Source: an uncultured delta proteobacterium
Lineage (GTDB): Bacteria > Desulfobacterota > Desulfomonilia > UBA1062
Direction of reading: 5' to 3'
DNA: 64,000 nucleotides
Assembly: GCA_963752595.1 (NCBI GenBank)
Contig: CAVVYZ010000002.1
Span: 64,001-128,000 of the forward strand
The notes below the pieces were generated by a model. The model saw only the letters and a program-made list of their open reading frames with translations, made no database searches and had not been told where the DNA came from. Each line of letters opens with the position of its first letter. The stretch's first letter is position 1. This document shows positions 17,849-28,823 of the stretch, in pieces. Made by a program: the position numbers and the translations under genes.

Positions 17849-18121
17849 ACCTTAATCCCTTTCCATACTATTCTAACCAAAGAGAGCATCCGAGAAAAGA
17901 ATAGCATGAGATAGGAATGATAGTATCGATTCAATATTTATTCAGAAGATTTTTCCATACAAAGGAAAGGAATCATTAGGCACATTGTCCGTTAACCTCG
18001 CCGGATAAAAGCTGATATGGTCTCACTGCAGTGGTTATAAAGCTTTCATCAGGATATTCTATATGGAAGAGCCCTTGAGGATAGAAATCCTTCGGGTTCA
18101 GCTTTTCTCGAAGGAGGATAT

Positions 18122-18901
18122 ATGACAAGTAGAAGAAGAATTCTTCATACGCTGATCGCGTGCGCTGTATACCTGCTCATCCCCCTTGGAACGATTCATG
18201 CGGATGTTTACCTGAAATACAAACAGCACACGGACCCGTTCGAAGTAATGGGCCAGTTGGAGCCTGCGAAGGATACAATCCGGGAGACGTGGATCTCCAA
18301 GAATATGATTCGTAATAATGAGGGCGCAAAGACAGTCATCATGAGGCTTGACAAGAAGGTGGTCTATTTCATCAATAACCAGCAGAAGAGCTATGCCGAA
18401 TTGCCCATGGATGTGGAAAAAATGGCGAATAAGGCCATCGAGCGTGATGAAAAGATGAGCGAACAGGAAAAGATGCAGGCAAAAGAATTCGTTCAGGGTC
18501 TGATGAAAAACATGTCCGACCTGAATATTACGATCAAGGAAACCGGAGAAAAGAAAAAGATCAATAATTGGGATTGCAGGAAATACATTCAAACAACCAC
18601 AACGGCCATGGGTCCTTCCATAACCGAAATATGGGCCACAAACGATATTAATCTGGACTATGAGCTCCTCAACAGGATGTATGCGTCTAGCATGGTCATG
18701 CTTCCCAGTTTGCGGGATTCAATCGACGGCATCACAAAGGAGATGAACAAGGTAAAAGGGATAACCGTATATTCGGTTTCCACGACCACGGTCATGGATG
18801 CACAGATCAAATCCAGTCAGGAGCTTATGGATTTTGCAGAAAAAGAAATACCTTCGAGTTTCTATGAGCCTCCGGAAGGCTATACCAAGCAGGATATGTA
18901 G
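18122..18901 (+). CDS. Exported DUF4412-like protein
   Basis: Signal peptide; 'TGEKKKINNWDCRKY', 'EIWAT', C-terminal 'YEPPEGY'. Confidence 0.7.
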   Translation: MTSRRRILHTLIACAVYLLIPLGTIHADVYLKYKQHTDPFEVMGQLEPAKDTIRETWISKNMIRNNEGAKTVIMRLDKKVVYFINNQQKSYAELPMDVEKMANKAIERDEKMSEQEKMQAKEFVQGLMKNMSDLNITIKETGEKKKINNWDCRKYIQTTTTAMGPSITEIWATNDINLDYELLNRMYASSMVMLPSLRDSIDGITKEMNKVKGITVYSVSTTTVMDAQIKSSQELMDFAEKEIPSSFYEPPEGYTKQDM

Positions 18902-19016
18902 CATCCTTAAGGGTCGCTCTTGCGATTGGGGATATGCATTGATCACCTTATTTTAATTCATAGAAGCTATCAGTCACTATACTGATGGAAAAACGAGGAA
19001 GGGAGGACAATACAGT

Positions 19017-19280
19017 ATGGGTATACTATCTTGGATAATTGTCGGCTTGATAGCCGGGTGGTTAGCCGGTGTTGTGATGAAAGGAAGCGGCTACGGCGTT
19101 TTGGGCGATATGATCTTAGGAATCATTGGAGCCCTGGTAGGCGGTTTCCTGGCAGGTGCCATATTCGGTATATCAACTCCGGTATCCGGTTTTAACTTCG
19201 GTACCCTTGTGATTGCCTTTCTTGGCGCTGTTGTCGTTGTTGCAATCGTTCGTGCCTTGCCGGGCCGATCTCGGATCTAA
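19017..19280 (+). CDS. GlsB/YeaQ/YmgE (transglycosylase-associated) membrane protein
   Basis: 'WIIVGLIAGWLA...GYGVLGDMILGIIGALVGG'. Confidence 0.9.
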   Translation: MGILSWIIVGLIAGWLAGVVMKGSGYGVLGDMILGIIGALVGGFLAGAIFGISTPVSGFNFGTLVIAFLGAVVVVAIVRALPGRSRI

Positions 19281-19306
19281 CCAGCCCTATAAGATTTTCA
19301 GGAAAC

Positions 19307-19345
19307 GGAGTACGCTTCTTTAAAAAAGAGCATACTCCTTTTCTT
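19307..19345 (+). terminator. Rho-independent terminator
   Basis: GGAGTACGCT...AGCATACTCC followed by a T-tract. Confidence 0.6.
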
Positions 19346-19441
19346 TCTGACCCGGCACTGCACACGGCTCACTTCCTGTGAAGAGCTTAATAACGCAAGG
19401 GAACCGCTTGGATAAAAGCCTCCATGATTCCTTTAAGCCTC

Positions 19442-20026
19442 TTATGAAGAAAGGGATCGGATACGCGTTATCGATTTTTCGAGGTAATGCTTGAGAAGTA
19501 CTTCGTCACCGAACCAGAAGTGATCCACCCCCTCAAGAATGGTGATGCGTTCCTCCTCCAGCACCTGCAAGAGAGCGCCGTGATCGAAAAACTGATCTTG
19601 TTTGCCTGTCACAGCCCACACATCGTGTCCCTTCAGGGAAGGGAAAGGAAACATGTCAGTGGGAGGGGATATGAGGATGCAGGGCACTTTTGCCTCCTGC
19701 AGGAAACGGGCAGCCACCCATGCACCGAAGGAATATCCGATTAAGACTACAGGACGATCCAGATAATGGATCACGGTTGCAAGATCGAAAGTCTCTCCTA
19801 TGCCGTTGTCGAATTTTCCGCCGCTCCTGCCTACTCCCCGGAAATTGAAACGAAGGGCGGAACATCCCAGGCCGACCATTGTCTGCCATGCAGCCATGAC
19901 CACATTGTTGGACATGCTGCCTCCCATCAGGGAATGCGGGTGCGTGATAACGGCACATAAATCGGAGACATTGTCTTCGAAAACTACTTCCAGTTCGTGG
20001 TCGGTCCCGATGAATATTGATGGCAT
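19442..20026 (-). CDS. Alpha/beta hydrolase
   Basis: 'HPHSLMGGSMSN', 'RFNFRGVG', 'GYSFG', 'DHFW'. Confidence 0.88.
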   Translation of the reverse strand: MPSIFIGTDHELEVVFEDNVSDLCAVITHPHSLMGGSMSNNVVMAAWQTMVGLGCSALRFNFRGVGRSGGKFDNGIGETFDLATVIHYLDRPVVLIGYSFGAWVAARFLQEAKVPCILISPPTDMFPFPSLKGHDVWAVTGKQDQFFDHGALLQVLEEERITILEGVDHFWFGDEVLLKHYLEKSITRIRSLSS

Positions 20027-20120
20027 GGATATTGTCTATCCCGATATCAGATAGTTTGCAACCAGGAGCCGGAAAGGAAACCTATAAAAATACAGATGGG
20101 GACGGGATCGGAAAGATCAA

Positions 20121-20891
20121 TTAGTGGGTCTTGGGCAGGAGGATGATTCCATCTGCAACAGATACCAGGGATACATTGGGGAGAATATTCATGGAGCTGA
20201 GCAACGGCATCTTCACGCCGCCAAACATCACAGGGTTGATGTCCATGGCTACCGGCAGGGTAGTATCAGCCGCATCGGGCCAGGGAACCACCGAGAAGGT
20301 GTCGTAGTCCTTCAAGTAGTCAGCGAGAGAGGGTGCGTGAGAACATGCCCATTCGAGCCCTTTGAGCACATGGCGTGCGCCGACCACTACGATGCCCTTG
20401 TCATCCGGGTGTTCCTGGAAATAGTTGTTTATTTGTTTTGCCATCCACTCATCACGGCTTATAGGCGAGGGAATCTCTGCATCGATGGCGATGATCTTCA
20501 TGCTCAGGTCCCGTGCCTGCGTGAGGATCTCCCTGAAATAAGGGGATGTTACGATCTCGGAAACCCGGATACTCTCAACACTTGATCTCCCGGCGCAGAA
20601 TTCATTGATCACCTGCTGCTGCGAGGTAGGTATTTCGATAAAGAGGGTGCAGGAGCCTGCTTCCTTCACCATGGAAGGCAGCGAGGAGGTGATGACATTG
20701 TGGATGAACGCGTTCCGGTGATGGGTCCCTATCAGGAGGAGCTTCTTCTCACGGGCCTTGCTCACAAGGTAAGCCGTGGGATTGTCGGCTATATCGAGGC
20801 CGTAGGCTTTATTCATCGTCATGTCCGTGCTGCCCATGAGTACAAAACAGAATATCAGCCCTATGATGCAGTATCTCAGCTGTTTTATCAT
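20121..20891 (-). CDS. Exported protein, ChaN/EreA/TIKI-like fold (tentative)
   Basis: Signal-like N-terminus; 'LIGTHH', 'FIE', 'AID', 'RDEWMA', 'VGARHV' follow the conserved residue pattern of that superfamily. Confidence 0.55.
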   Translation of the reverse strand: MIKQLRYCIIGLIFCFVLMGSTDMTMNKAYGLDIADNPTAYLVSKAREKKLLLIGTHHRNAFIHNVITSSLPSMVKEAGSCTLFIEIPTSQQQVINEFCAGRSSVESIRVSEIVTSPYFREILTQARDLSMKIIAIDAEIPSPISRDEWMAKQINNYFQEHPDDKGIVVVGARHVLKGLEWACSHAPSLADYLKDYDTFSVVPWPDAADTTLPVAMDINPVMFGGVKMPLLSSMNILPNVSLVSVADGIILLPKTH

Positions 20892-20938
20892 CTAGCAATT
20901 CTTGTCGGAAAGATAATTTCTCTTCTTAACACAAATGC

Positions 20939-21886
20939 TCAAGGATTGCCAAATTCTTTTATAATACCTCGTAGTTCCAAAGAGTTCTCTGCAGTGCAGG
21001 CCTGCTGACGGAATAGAGCGGCGCCATCGAGCCCTTTGACATAAGCGGAAAGGTACTTCCTCATGAAGCGGGTGCCTTTCTGATTCCCAAAGAGGGAGCA
21101 GAGCATGTCCAGGTGTTCAAGCATGATTTCGATGCGCTCATGGGCATCAGGGGTAAGCCCTCCCGAGAGCTCCCGGAAAATCCATGGATTTCCCACGGCG
21201 CCCCGGCCGATCATGAAGGCATCAGCCCCGAGGGAGCGAAGCATCTCCATATCCCGGACGGTTTTGATGTTCCCGCTTGCAACAACCGGCAGGCTTAACT
21301 GCTCCTTCAGGGAAGAGAGGATTTCCCACCTGGGATTTCCCTGATACATCTCGGACCTGGTCCTCGGATGGAGAATAATACAGGCAATTCCGGTCTTTTC
21401 TAGTACGCCGGCGATAATGTGTGCATTAAGAGAGCTGCTGTCCCATCCGGCGCGTATTTTTACGCTTACCGGGATGTTCACGGCCTGCACGACGGATTCG
21501 CTGATACGCTCTGCAAGGGAAATATCTTTCATGAGGGCTGAGCCTGAGCCCTTGTGCACCACCTTTTTTACGGGGCATCCCATGTTGATGTCAATGCCGT
21601 CGAATCCCTGGTCTTCGATCATGCGGGCCGAGAGGGCGGCATCGTCCGGTGACGCGGTGAAGATCTGGGCGATCAGGGGGGTGTCCTCTTCGGGCCGGCT
21701 GAGGAGCGCGAGGGTATTCCTGGTATTTTGGGTCAATCCGGCAGAGCTGATCATCTCGGTGTAGCAGAGCTCTGCGCCGAATCGTCTGCTGATAATCCGC
21801 ATGGGCCAGTTCGTATATCCGGCCATGGGGGCAAGGACCAGGCCTTTAGTGAGGGGGAAGTTGTATAGCTTCATTGCCTGCTGCAC
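20939..21886 (-). CDS. dusB: tRNA-dihydrouridine synthase
   Basis: 'LAPMAGYT', 'DINMGCP', 'KIRAGW', 'HPRT', 'MIGRGA.GNPW'. Confidence 0.88.
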   Translation of the reverse strand: MQQAMKLYNFPLTKGLVLAPMAGYTNWPMRIISRRFGAELCYTEMISSAGLTQNTRNTLALLSRPEEDTPLIAQIFTASPDDAALSARMIEDQGFDGIDINMGCPVKKVVHKGSGSALMKDISLAERISESVVQAVNIPVSVKIRAGWDSSSLNAHIIAGVLEKTGIACIILHPRTRSEMYQGNPRWEILSSLKEQLSLPVVASGNIKTVRDMEMLRSLGADAFMIGRGAVGNPWIFRELSGGLTPDAHERIEIMLEHLDMLCSLFGNQKGTRFMRKYLSAYVKGLDGAALFRQQACTAENSLELRGIIKEFGNP

Positions 21887-22791
21887 ATGTTCCCCTGGCG
21901 GGTGCCGGAGGTTTTCATCTCTTTGTGGACAGCCTCTCTGACTCTTCCCTTATCAAGCGCCCAGGACGGGGCAACGAGCTCATCGGGATGGGGGTCGCCC
22001 GTGATCCGCTGGATTACGATGTCATTTCTGAGATGCCCGATAAACGACGCAACGGCCCTGGCATAGACATCCCTTTCCATGGGGATGTACCCGCCTTTCT
22101 CGAAGATTTCCTCCAGAGCGGTGCCTTTGACAACGTAGAGCAGGTGGATTTTGACATCGCTGACCGGCAAACCCGAGATGAGCTTTGCCGTTTCGATAAA
22201 GTGTTCCATGCCTTCACCGGGCAGACCGAGAATAACGTGGGTGCAGATCCTGATATTGAGCCTGGAAGTGAGCTCTACCGCATCAATGAAGCTCTGTACG
22301 TCATGGCCCCGGTTTATGCGGCGCAAGGTATCGTCATGGGCTGACTGGAGGCCGTATTCCAGCCAGACAATGCGGTGGTCTGCATACGAGCTGATCAGAG
22401 AGAGCTTTTCGGCATCGATGCAGTCCGGCCTGGTGCCGACAGCCATACCTACGATTCCGGGGTAGGGAAGGATGGTATCATAGATTCCCTTCAAAGTCGG
22501 GATATCCGCATACGTATTCGAATACGACTGGAAGTAAGCGATGAATGCAGTTGCCCTGTAGCGTCTTGACATCGATGCCATCTGACCCTCGATCTGCTCC
22601 TTGAGGCGTATTCCTTCGGCAATGGCACCTGTGCCGGAGCCTTTTGCGTTGCAGTATATGCAGCCGCCGGATTTATCTCCATCCCGGTGGGGACAGCTCA
22701 AGCCTGCATCAAGGGTTATCTTCCGAACTCGCTTCCCGAACTGCTCCCTCAAAAACGAACTGAGGGTGCGATAAGGCGGCTGTTTGGTCAT
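21871..22791 (-). CDS. Radical SAM protein, TIGR01212/YhcC family
   Basis: 'CPHRDG...GCIYC', 'YFQSYSNTY', 'GTRPDC', 'RINRGH'. Confidence 0.9.
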   Translation of the reverse strand: MTKQPPYRTLSSFLREQFGKRVRKITLDAGLSCPHRDGDKSGGCIYCNAKGSGTGAIAEGIRLKEQIEGQMASMSRRYRATAFIAYFQSYSNTYADIPTLKGIYDTILPYPGIVGMAVGTRPDCIDAEKLSLISSYADHRIVWLEYGLQSAHDDTLRRINRGHDVQSFIDAVELTSRLNIRICTHVILGLPGEGMEHFIETAKLISGLPVSDVKIHLLYVVKGTALEEIFEKGGYIPMERDVYARAVASFIGHLRNDIVIQRITGDPHPDELVAPSWALDKGRVREAVHKEMKTSGTRQGNMCSRQ

Positions 22792-23897
22792 AGAAACGGG
22801 AAATGAAAGCCGTGCAGGCCGAGGCCCTCCTTGAGGTCTTTCATGATTTTCTGCAGGGCCGCATTGATGGGAACGCCATTTGCCTTCCGGTGCTTGACCA
22901 TGTCGAATTCCTTTTCCCCTGCAAGGTAGATCTTGTCCTTGCCCGGAACCTTTGCTGAAGACCTGATCTCGCGCATGATAGAACCGGTTATTTTTTTCGA
23001 TACCTCGATGGGTACCAGGCTTTCAATATTGATGGCGATAAAGAGATGCCCCAGTCTATGGTATGCAGGCTTCCCGTTCTCAAAGCCGCTCAAGGCCTTG
23101 CCGAAGCTCCCTCCGGTCAGCGATGCGCAGAGGATTTCCACCATAACGCCGAGTCCGTAGCCCTTGTGCCCGCCGAGTCCCTCGCCGGCACCTCCCAGGG
23201 GGAGCAGTGAAGCTGTGCCCTCAACAAGGGTCCTGAGGAGTTCGATGCTGTCCGTGGGCTCGTTGCCCTGACTGTCTATGGTGAGCCCTTTTGCCGTAGG
23301 TTTCCCGTCCCTCGCATTCACCTCGATCTTCCCCCTCTGGATGGTTGATGTGGCGATGTCCAGGAGGAAAGGGTACTCTTCGTCCGAGGGTGCCCCGAAA
23401 CTGATGGGGTTCGTGCCGATGGCCGGCTCTACCCCGAAGGTGGGCGCAACGGAAGGTCTTGCATTGGAGAATGCAAGGCCCATCATATTCTGCTTTACCG
23501 CCATGAACGGATAAAAACCGGTGATACCGAAGTGCGTACTGTCGTATACACCCACCAGTCCGATATTGTTCTCCTTTGCCATGAAAATGGCCTTTTCCAT
23601 TGCCCGGTAGGCTATGACATGGCCCATGCCGTGGTTGCCGTTGATCAGGGCGGTATTCTTCGTTTCCTTTACGATGGTTTCTTTTGTCACAGGATTGAGT
23701 ATCCCGTCATGGATACGGTCCACATACATCTTGAATCTCCCGATTCCATGTGATTCCACACCCCTCAAATCAGATTCGATCAGTACGGTGGAACAGATTT
23801 GAGCATCCTGCTCCGGAACGCCTAACGCTATAAACCCTTCCTTCATGAACCGCTGAAGCTCACGGTAGTCCACATATACGATGTTCGATGTCTCCAT
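22788..23897 (-). CDS. Ldh_2 (type 2 malate/L-lactate dehydrogenase) family oxidoreductase
   Basis: 'DLRGVESHG', 'STHFG', 'GTNPI', 'LLPLGG...GHKGYGL'. Confidence 0.9.
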   Translation of the reverse strand: METSNIVYVDYRELQRFMKEGFIALGVPEQDAQICSTVLIESDLRGVESHGIGRFKMYVDRIHDGILNPVTKETIVKETKNTALINGNHGMGHVIAYRAMEKAIFMAKENNIGLVGVYDSTHFGITGFYPFMAVKQNMMGLAFSNARPSVAPTFGVEPAIGTNPISFGAPSDEEYPFLLDIATSTIQRGKIEVNARDGKPTAKGLTIDSQGNEPTDSIELLRTLVEGTASLLPLGGAGEGLGGHKGYGLGVMVEILCASLTGGSFGKALSGFENGKPAYHRLGHLFIAINIESLVPIEVSKKITGSIMREIRSSAKVPGKDKIYLAGEKEFDMVKHRKANGVPINAALQKIMKDLKEGLGLHGFHFPFL

Positions 23898-24041
23898 TGG
23901 GGTGTCTCCTTATAAGGTTATTGAATAGTACGTTTTCATTGCTGGTACCTCATATCAGATCGATATGCATTCGTGAAGAGGAAAGAAATCCGCCGAATCA
24001 GGCGCATCACGGAGCCTTACATGCCGCGCTTTGGCTCCCTG

Positions 24042-24968
24042 TCATGTATTGATGGGATAGGCCTTCGCATACTCGATGAATACCCGGTGGTGGGGGAGGG
24101 GATTGAACTGCCGCCTGGTGATCATGAAAAAGCTCCGTAGGATGCGGGGGCCTTCCAGGGGGATTCGGGTCAGTAAACCTTGTTTGATTTCCCGTTTCAC
24201 GGCATGGGCCGACAGGATCGAGATGCCGAGCCCTGAGATTACCGCTTCCTTCACCGCTTCCGAAGATCCGAGCTCGCAGGCGATCGTAAAGCGGGACAGA
24301 GGCTCAAGGCCCTGCGATTTGAGATAATCCTCCAGGATGGCCCGTGTACCCGAGCCTTTTTCCCTGATGATAAATGGCTCATGGGTGATATCTTCAATGG
24401 TCGCGTTGTTCAAAGCTGCGATGCGGCTTTCTTTCCCGGCCACGAGGATCAGCTCGTCTTGCCAGATGGGCTCGCAGACTATCCTGCTGTCATGGGTATG
24501 TTTGCCGATGAAACCGATCTCCACCCGGGAGCTTAAGACCATTTCAAGGATATCTTCACTGTCGCCGGAGAGGATATGGACCTGGATGTCCGGATGGTCC
24601 TTTCTCAGGCCGGTGAGCAAGGCGGGAAGTATGTACGTCGAAGGGATGGTGCTGGTGCCGATGTAGACATGCCCGGAGAGGGTATCCTTCAGAAAAATGA
24701 TCTTTTCTCTCGCTTCATCCCTGAGCCTGAGGATCTTCTTGGCATACCCGAAGAGGATCATGCCTTCATTGGTCAGCGAGATTCCGGTTTTGGTCCGGTT
24801 GATAAGCGGACAGTTGACGAATATCTCAAGGTTCCTGATATGCTTGCTCAAGGACGGCTGTGAAAGCATCATCTTCCGTGCCGCATCCGAGAAGCTCCTC
24901 TCCTCCACCAGCATTACCAGTGCTTCGAGCTGCTGAAGGGTAATATGCCTGAACTGATCTGCAATCAT
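24042..24968 (-). CDS. LysR-family regulator (selenium-metabolism-associated type), divergent from selD
   Basis: LysR HTH 'SFSDAARKMMLSQPSLS'; 'STIP..YILP', 'REKGSGTR', 'GSSEAVK'; adjacent to selD. Confidence 0.88.
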   Translation of the reverse strand: MIADQFRHITLQQLEALVMLVEERSFSDAARKMMLSQPSLSKHIRNLEIFVNCPLINRTKTGISLTNEGMILFGYAKKILRLRDEAREKIIFLKDTLSGHVYIGTSTIPSTYILPALLTGLRKDHPDIQVHILSGDSEDILEMVLSSRVEIGFIGKHTHDSRIVCEPIWQDELILVAGKESRIAALNNATIEDITHEPFIIREKGSGTRAILEDYLKSQGLEPLSRFTIACELGSSEAVKEAVISGLGISILSAHAVKREIKQGLLTRIPLEGPRILRSFFMITRRQFNPLPHHRVFIEYAKAYPINT

Positions 24969-25030
24969 AATTCCGACACCATATCCTTTTTCCCAAGCTC
25001 ATATCAATATGCATTATTACCATATTGAAT

Positions 25031-25059
25031 TTGACAGATTCAAAAGAGATACATAGAAT
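25031..25059 (+). promoter_or_regulatory. Sigma70 promoter for selD
   Basis: TTGACA-N17-TAGAAT. Confidence 0.7.
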
Positions 25060-25131
25060 ATTTGTAGTCTCTCTGGTATGAATACCCGGCAGGCAATCCT
25101 GCAGGGATATAGACACAGGAAAAGGAAAGAT

Positions 25132-26175
25132 ATGGACAAGAAAGTAAGGCTGACAACCCTGGTGCACGGCGCCGGTTGAGCGTGCAAGCTTGGTCCGGAG
25201 TTTCTGGACAAGGCTATATGCGCGCTTCCGGTCATGACGGATCCCGACCTCCTTGTGGGCATGGGAAAGCCGGATGATGCAGGGGTTTACCGCATCAGTG
25301 AAGATCTGGCGCTGATTCTCACGCTGGACTTCTTCACCCCTGTGGTGGACGACCCGTATCTTTTCGGCCAGATCGCGGTGACTAATGCCTTGAGCGATGT
25401 CTATGCCATGGGGGGAAGGCCTTTCCTTGCCATGAACATAATATGCTTTCCACAGGATGGAGATGTGACCATACTTCAGGAGATCCTGCGGGGCGGCTTC
25501 GACAAGATGTCAGAGGCAGGGGTGCTGCTCGTAGGAGGGCACAGTGTGGACGACCCCGAGATCAAGTACGGCCTCTCGGTTACCGGGAAGGTTCACCCGG
25601 ACAGGGTCCTCAAGAATGCAGGTGCCCTTCCCGGGGATAAGCTCATCCTGACCAAGCCTATCGGAACCGGCATCATTTCAACGGCGATAAAGGCCGGCAT
25701 GGCGAGTAGCGAGGCTGAGGAAAGCATCATCCGGTCCATGAACACCCTCAGCAGGGTGCCTGCCGAGCTTATGGAAAATTTTCCGGTGCATGCGTGCACG
25801 GATATTACCGGGTTCGGCCTCCTAGGCCATGCGTGCGAGATGATCGAGGAAACATCAACTGGGATGACTATTCATGCACCGGCAGTCCCGGTTTTCGAGG
25901 AAGCTCAGGCCTATATTAAAATGGGCCTTATCCCTGGGGGTGCATACCGCAATGAAAAGTTCAGGCAGCCGGTCGTGAGTATAGGGGAGGGAGTCAGCGA
26001 CGATATCATGAAGCTCATGTTCGACCCCCAGACATCGGGAGGCCTGCTCATCGCGCTGCCGGAGAATGAAGCCGCAGAACTCCTGGATCAGCTCCACTCC
26101 CTGGGTGTCAGTGATGCTGCCGTTATCGGAGAAATTACGAAGGATCACCCCGGGCGGATTCGCGTGACCGGTTAG
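25132..26175 (+). CDS. selD: Selenide, water dikinase (selenoprotein; UGA16 = Sec)
   Basis: MDKKVRLTTLVHGAG-TGA(25177)-ACKLGP is in frame with ORF 25234; 'DDAGVY', 'DFFTP', 'NALSDVYAMGG', 'DPQTSGGLL'. Confidence 0.93.
25180..25225 (+). other. Putative bacterial SECIS hairpin
   Basis: CTTG-GTCCGGA-GTT-TCTGGAC-AAG stem-loop directly 3' of the UGA. Confidence 0.6.
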
Positions 26176-26397
26176 TTCTCTTTCAGATATCCGCTTTCCC
26201 GGTTTTTCAGGTCCTCCCATAGGGAGAGAAGAGGAGTACTGATCCCGTGATCATAAAGCACCATGGGAACGTCCTTACCCGAAAACAATTGCACAAAAAA
26301 TTTCCAATACTTCTCGTAAGAACGGCACCTCTTTTGAGATATTTCTTCAAATCCCCTTGTAATGGCCAGTATTTTTGCCTATTTTACTTGTTATTAT

Positions 26398-27204
26398 ATG
26401 GAAAAAATCATTATTGACGGTCCTCATCAAATCATTACCATAGGTGATTCTCTTACTGCAGGCGCGCAGCCGGGAATCTTCGAATCTGCTCCTTATATCG
26501 GCTCTCAGACCAGAGGCCTGCTTCCCACCTCATACCCGTATGTACTCTCTGAGATGCTTTCGGCTTCTCTGGGGCCAAAGCTTATCAGAAATCTCGGGAG
26601 GAGCGGGGCCACTTCCAGAGATTGGCTTCCCGGAAGCACGTGGAAGAAGAGTGACGATCCGAAGTTCCCGCTCAACGGGAGGCCCCTTGATGAAATCGTG
26701 GAGTCACGGGATGCCGTCAAGGTCTGCCTTATCATTCTCGGTTCCAACGACGTCAGCAGTTCCATACTCCCGGATTTCATGTCCAGAGCACTCAAAGGTA
26801 TCGTGGGATACGAAGATGATGACTTCCTGAAAACCCGGGAAAATCTCCTGGTCACCCTCATGAACTTGAAAGAAAAGGGGGTAACCGCGTATCTGGCCAA
26901 AATACCGCCCAACCACTATCGCGGCGGACTTTATTTCCTGGGGATAGACAGGGTCTACTTTTCTTTGAGATCAACACAGGAGAAGCTCGATCGTTACACC
27001 CGGATCGTTAATGAGAGGATCGAGGAGATATGGACTTCCTATTCACACCTGGCACGGAGGGGGCCTGACTTTTACAGTTTCTTCGATCACAGGGATGACG
27101 TGTGGAACAAGGACCGGCTGCATCTGAATACGCTCGGCTATCGGCTTATGGCCTGGGCGTGGGCTGAATTGCTCAAGGCGGAAGGGATAGACATCAGGGC
27201 TTAA
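26398..27204 (+). CDS. SGNH/GDSL hydrolase
   Basis: 'IGDSLT', 'GRSG', 'GSND', 'DRLH'. Confidence 0.85.
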   Translation: MEKIIIDGPHQIITIGDSLTAGAQPGIFESAPYIGSQTRGLLPTSYPYVLSEMLSASLGPKLIRNLGRSGATSRDWLPGSTWKKSDDPKFPLNGRPLDEIVESRDAVKVCLIILGSNDVSSSILPDFMSRALKGIVGYEDDDFLKTRENLLVTLMNLKEKGVTAYLAKIPPNHYRGGLYFLGIDRVYFSLRSTQEKLDRYTRIVNERIEEIWTSYSHLARRGPDFYSFFDHRDDVWNKDRLHLNTLGYRLMAWAWAELLKAEGIDIRA

Positions 27205-27273
27205 GGGTGGCGCTTATTACCCGATATACCCGTTGTCACTTTCTCATAAATAAAGGATCGGTCGGAGTGGATT

Positions 27274-28551
27274 ATGTGTGATACCTTTGCGATAGGAAGA
27301 GCATGGGCTTCTGAAGGGAATCCGATCTTTGCAAAGAATTCCGACAGGGAGCCCGACGAAGCTCACGTAATCATCTCGGAGCCGCGGAAAGAGTATACAC
27401 ATCAGGAAACACTTACCTGTACGTACATCGCTATTCCCCAGGCAAGGAGAACCAATGCCGTTCTGCTCTGCAAACCTTTTTGGATCTGGGGCGCAGAAAT
27501 GGGCGTGAACGAGAAGGGTGTGGTGATCGGGAACGAGGCCTTGTTCACGAAGGTAAAGCCCGAAAAAACACGCGGCCTGATCGGCATGGACCTGTTACGC
27601 CTTGCACTTGAGCGGGCTGACACGGCAGAGGAGGCCGTCGACGTTATCATAGATCTCCTGCGTGGCTATGGGCAGGGCGGTGCATGCGGGTTCCGGGATA
27701 AGAAATTTTCCTACATGAATTCATATCTGCTCATGGACCGGGATGACATCATCATCCTGGAAACAGTGGGGAGAGATTATGCGGTCAGGCGTAATAAAGA
27801 TGGAGCAGCCATTTCCAATAGAATTACCATAGATGATGGCTGGGATCGGTCAAGTCTTGAAAGAGGTTTTGATTTCAGGATGTTCAACGACGTTCTCATT
27901 ACCTTTTTCTCGGGCAGCAGCCAGAGGAGAAGGCATGTGGCACAGAGCATTAGAAGCCGCCCCCAGGGATTGGGTGTTTCGGATGTGTTCGAGATCCTGC
28001 GCAGCCATAAAGGGCTATATCCGTTCCAGGGACTGAACCTGAATCATGATGTGTGCATGCATGCCGCAGATCCCTTCATCAGACGGTCTCAGACTACGGG
28101 CGCCCTAGTGGTGGAACTGGATTCTTCATCAGGGTTCCGAATCTTCGTCACTGCCGGATCGTCGCCTTGCCTCACCCCGTTCAAGCCGGTCCTGCCCTCG
28201 GGGTTGCCGGACAGGGTTGATCAAGGCGGACCCGAATATGGAAGCAACTCATTCTGGTGGAGGCATGAGGCCTTTCACATCCATGCGGTAATGCGCCTTT
28301 CGAAGGTTCGGAATGCCTTACTGGAGGAGATTCGGGATCTGGAAGGCCATTATTGCAAGGATATCCCGATGTATCGGTGGGGGAGCCGTGATGATGAACT
28401 ATTGCGCACATGCCATGAGGCGTTTCTCCGTGCATCGATGCTGGATACGAAATGGCTCCAGAAAATGAAAAGGATCGATAAAGACCCGCACCCGATGCAT
28501 AATACATTCTGGTCAATGATCGCAAAGCGCGGCGGCATACCGCTCTCCTGA
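27274..28551 (+). CDS. Peptidase C69 / secernin-like Ntn hydrolase
   Basis: 'MCDT' N-terminal Cys, 'AKNSDRE', 'WGAEMGVNEKGV.IGNEA'. Confidence 0.88.
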   Translation: MCDTFAIGRAWASEGNPIFAKNSDREPDEAHVIISEPRKEYTHQETLTCTYIAIPQARRTNAVLLCKPFWIWGAEMGVNEKGVVIGNEALFTKVKPEKTRGLIGMDLLRLALERADTAEEAVDVIIDLLRGYGQGGACGFRDKKFSYMNSYLLMDRDDIIILETVGRDYAVRRNKDGAAISNRITIDDGWDRSSLERGFDFRMFNDVLITFFSGSSQRRRHVAQSIRSRPQGLGVSDVFEILRSHKGLYPFQGLNLNHDVCMHAADPFIRRSQTTGALVVELDSSSGFRIFVTAGSSPCLTPFKPVLPSGLPDRVDQGGPEYGSNSFWWRHEAFHIHAVMRLSKVRNALLEEIRDLEGHYCKDIPMYRWGSRDDELLRTCHEAFLRASMLDTKWLQKMKRIDKDPHPMHNTFWSMIAKRGGIPLS

Positions 28552-28823
28552 TCCATCATCCGGGGTTACGAGAGGCATAAACCCGGTTCTCGCACTCAAA
28601 GGGTACGCTTACTTTATGTGTATTCCAGGCATGTAATAAGCCGTGAAAATCCTGCATTCTTAAGGATATTTCAGTATCATAACAAAAGAATAGCCTAAGG
28701 ACTTGTCCTTTATACCGTTTTTCGGGATGTATATGGGATGAGACGGAACGATGACTGTCGGTATTTTTGCTGAGAGCGCTCAATATATTGGCGCTGCCTA
28801 TACAATATGAAGGGATTTGGCAA

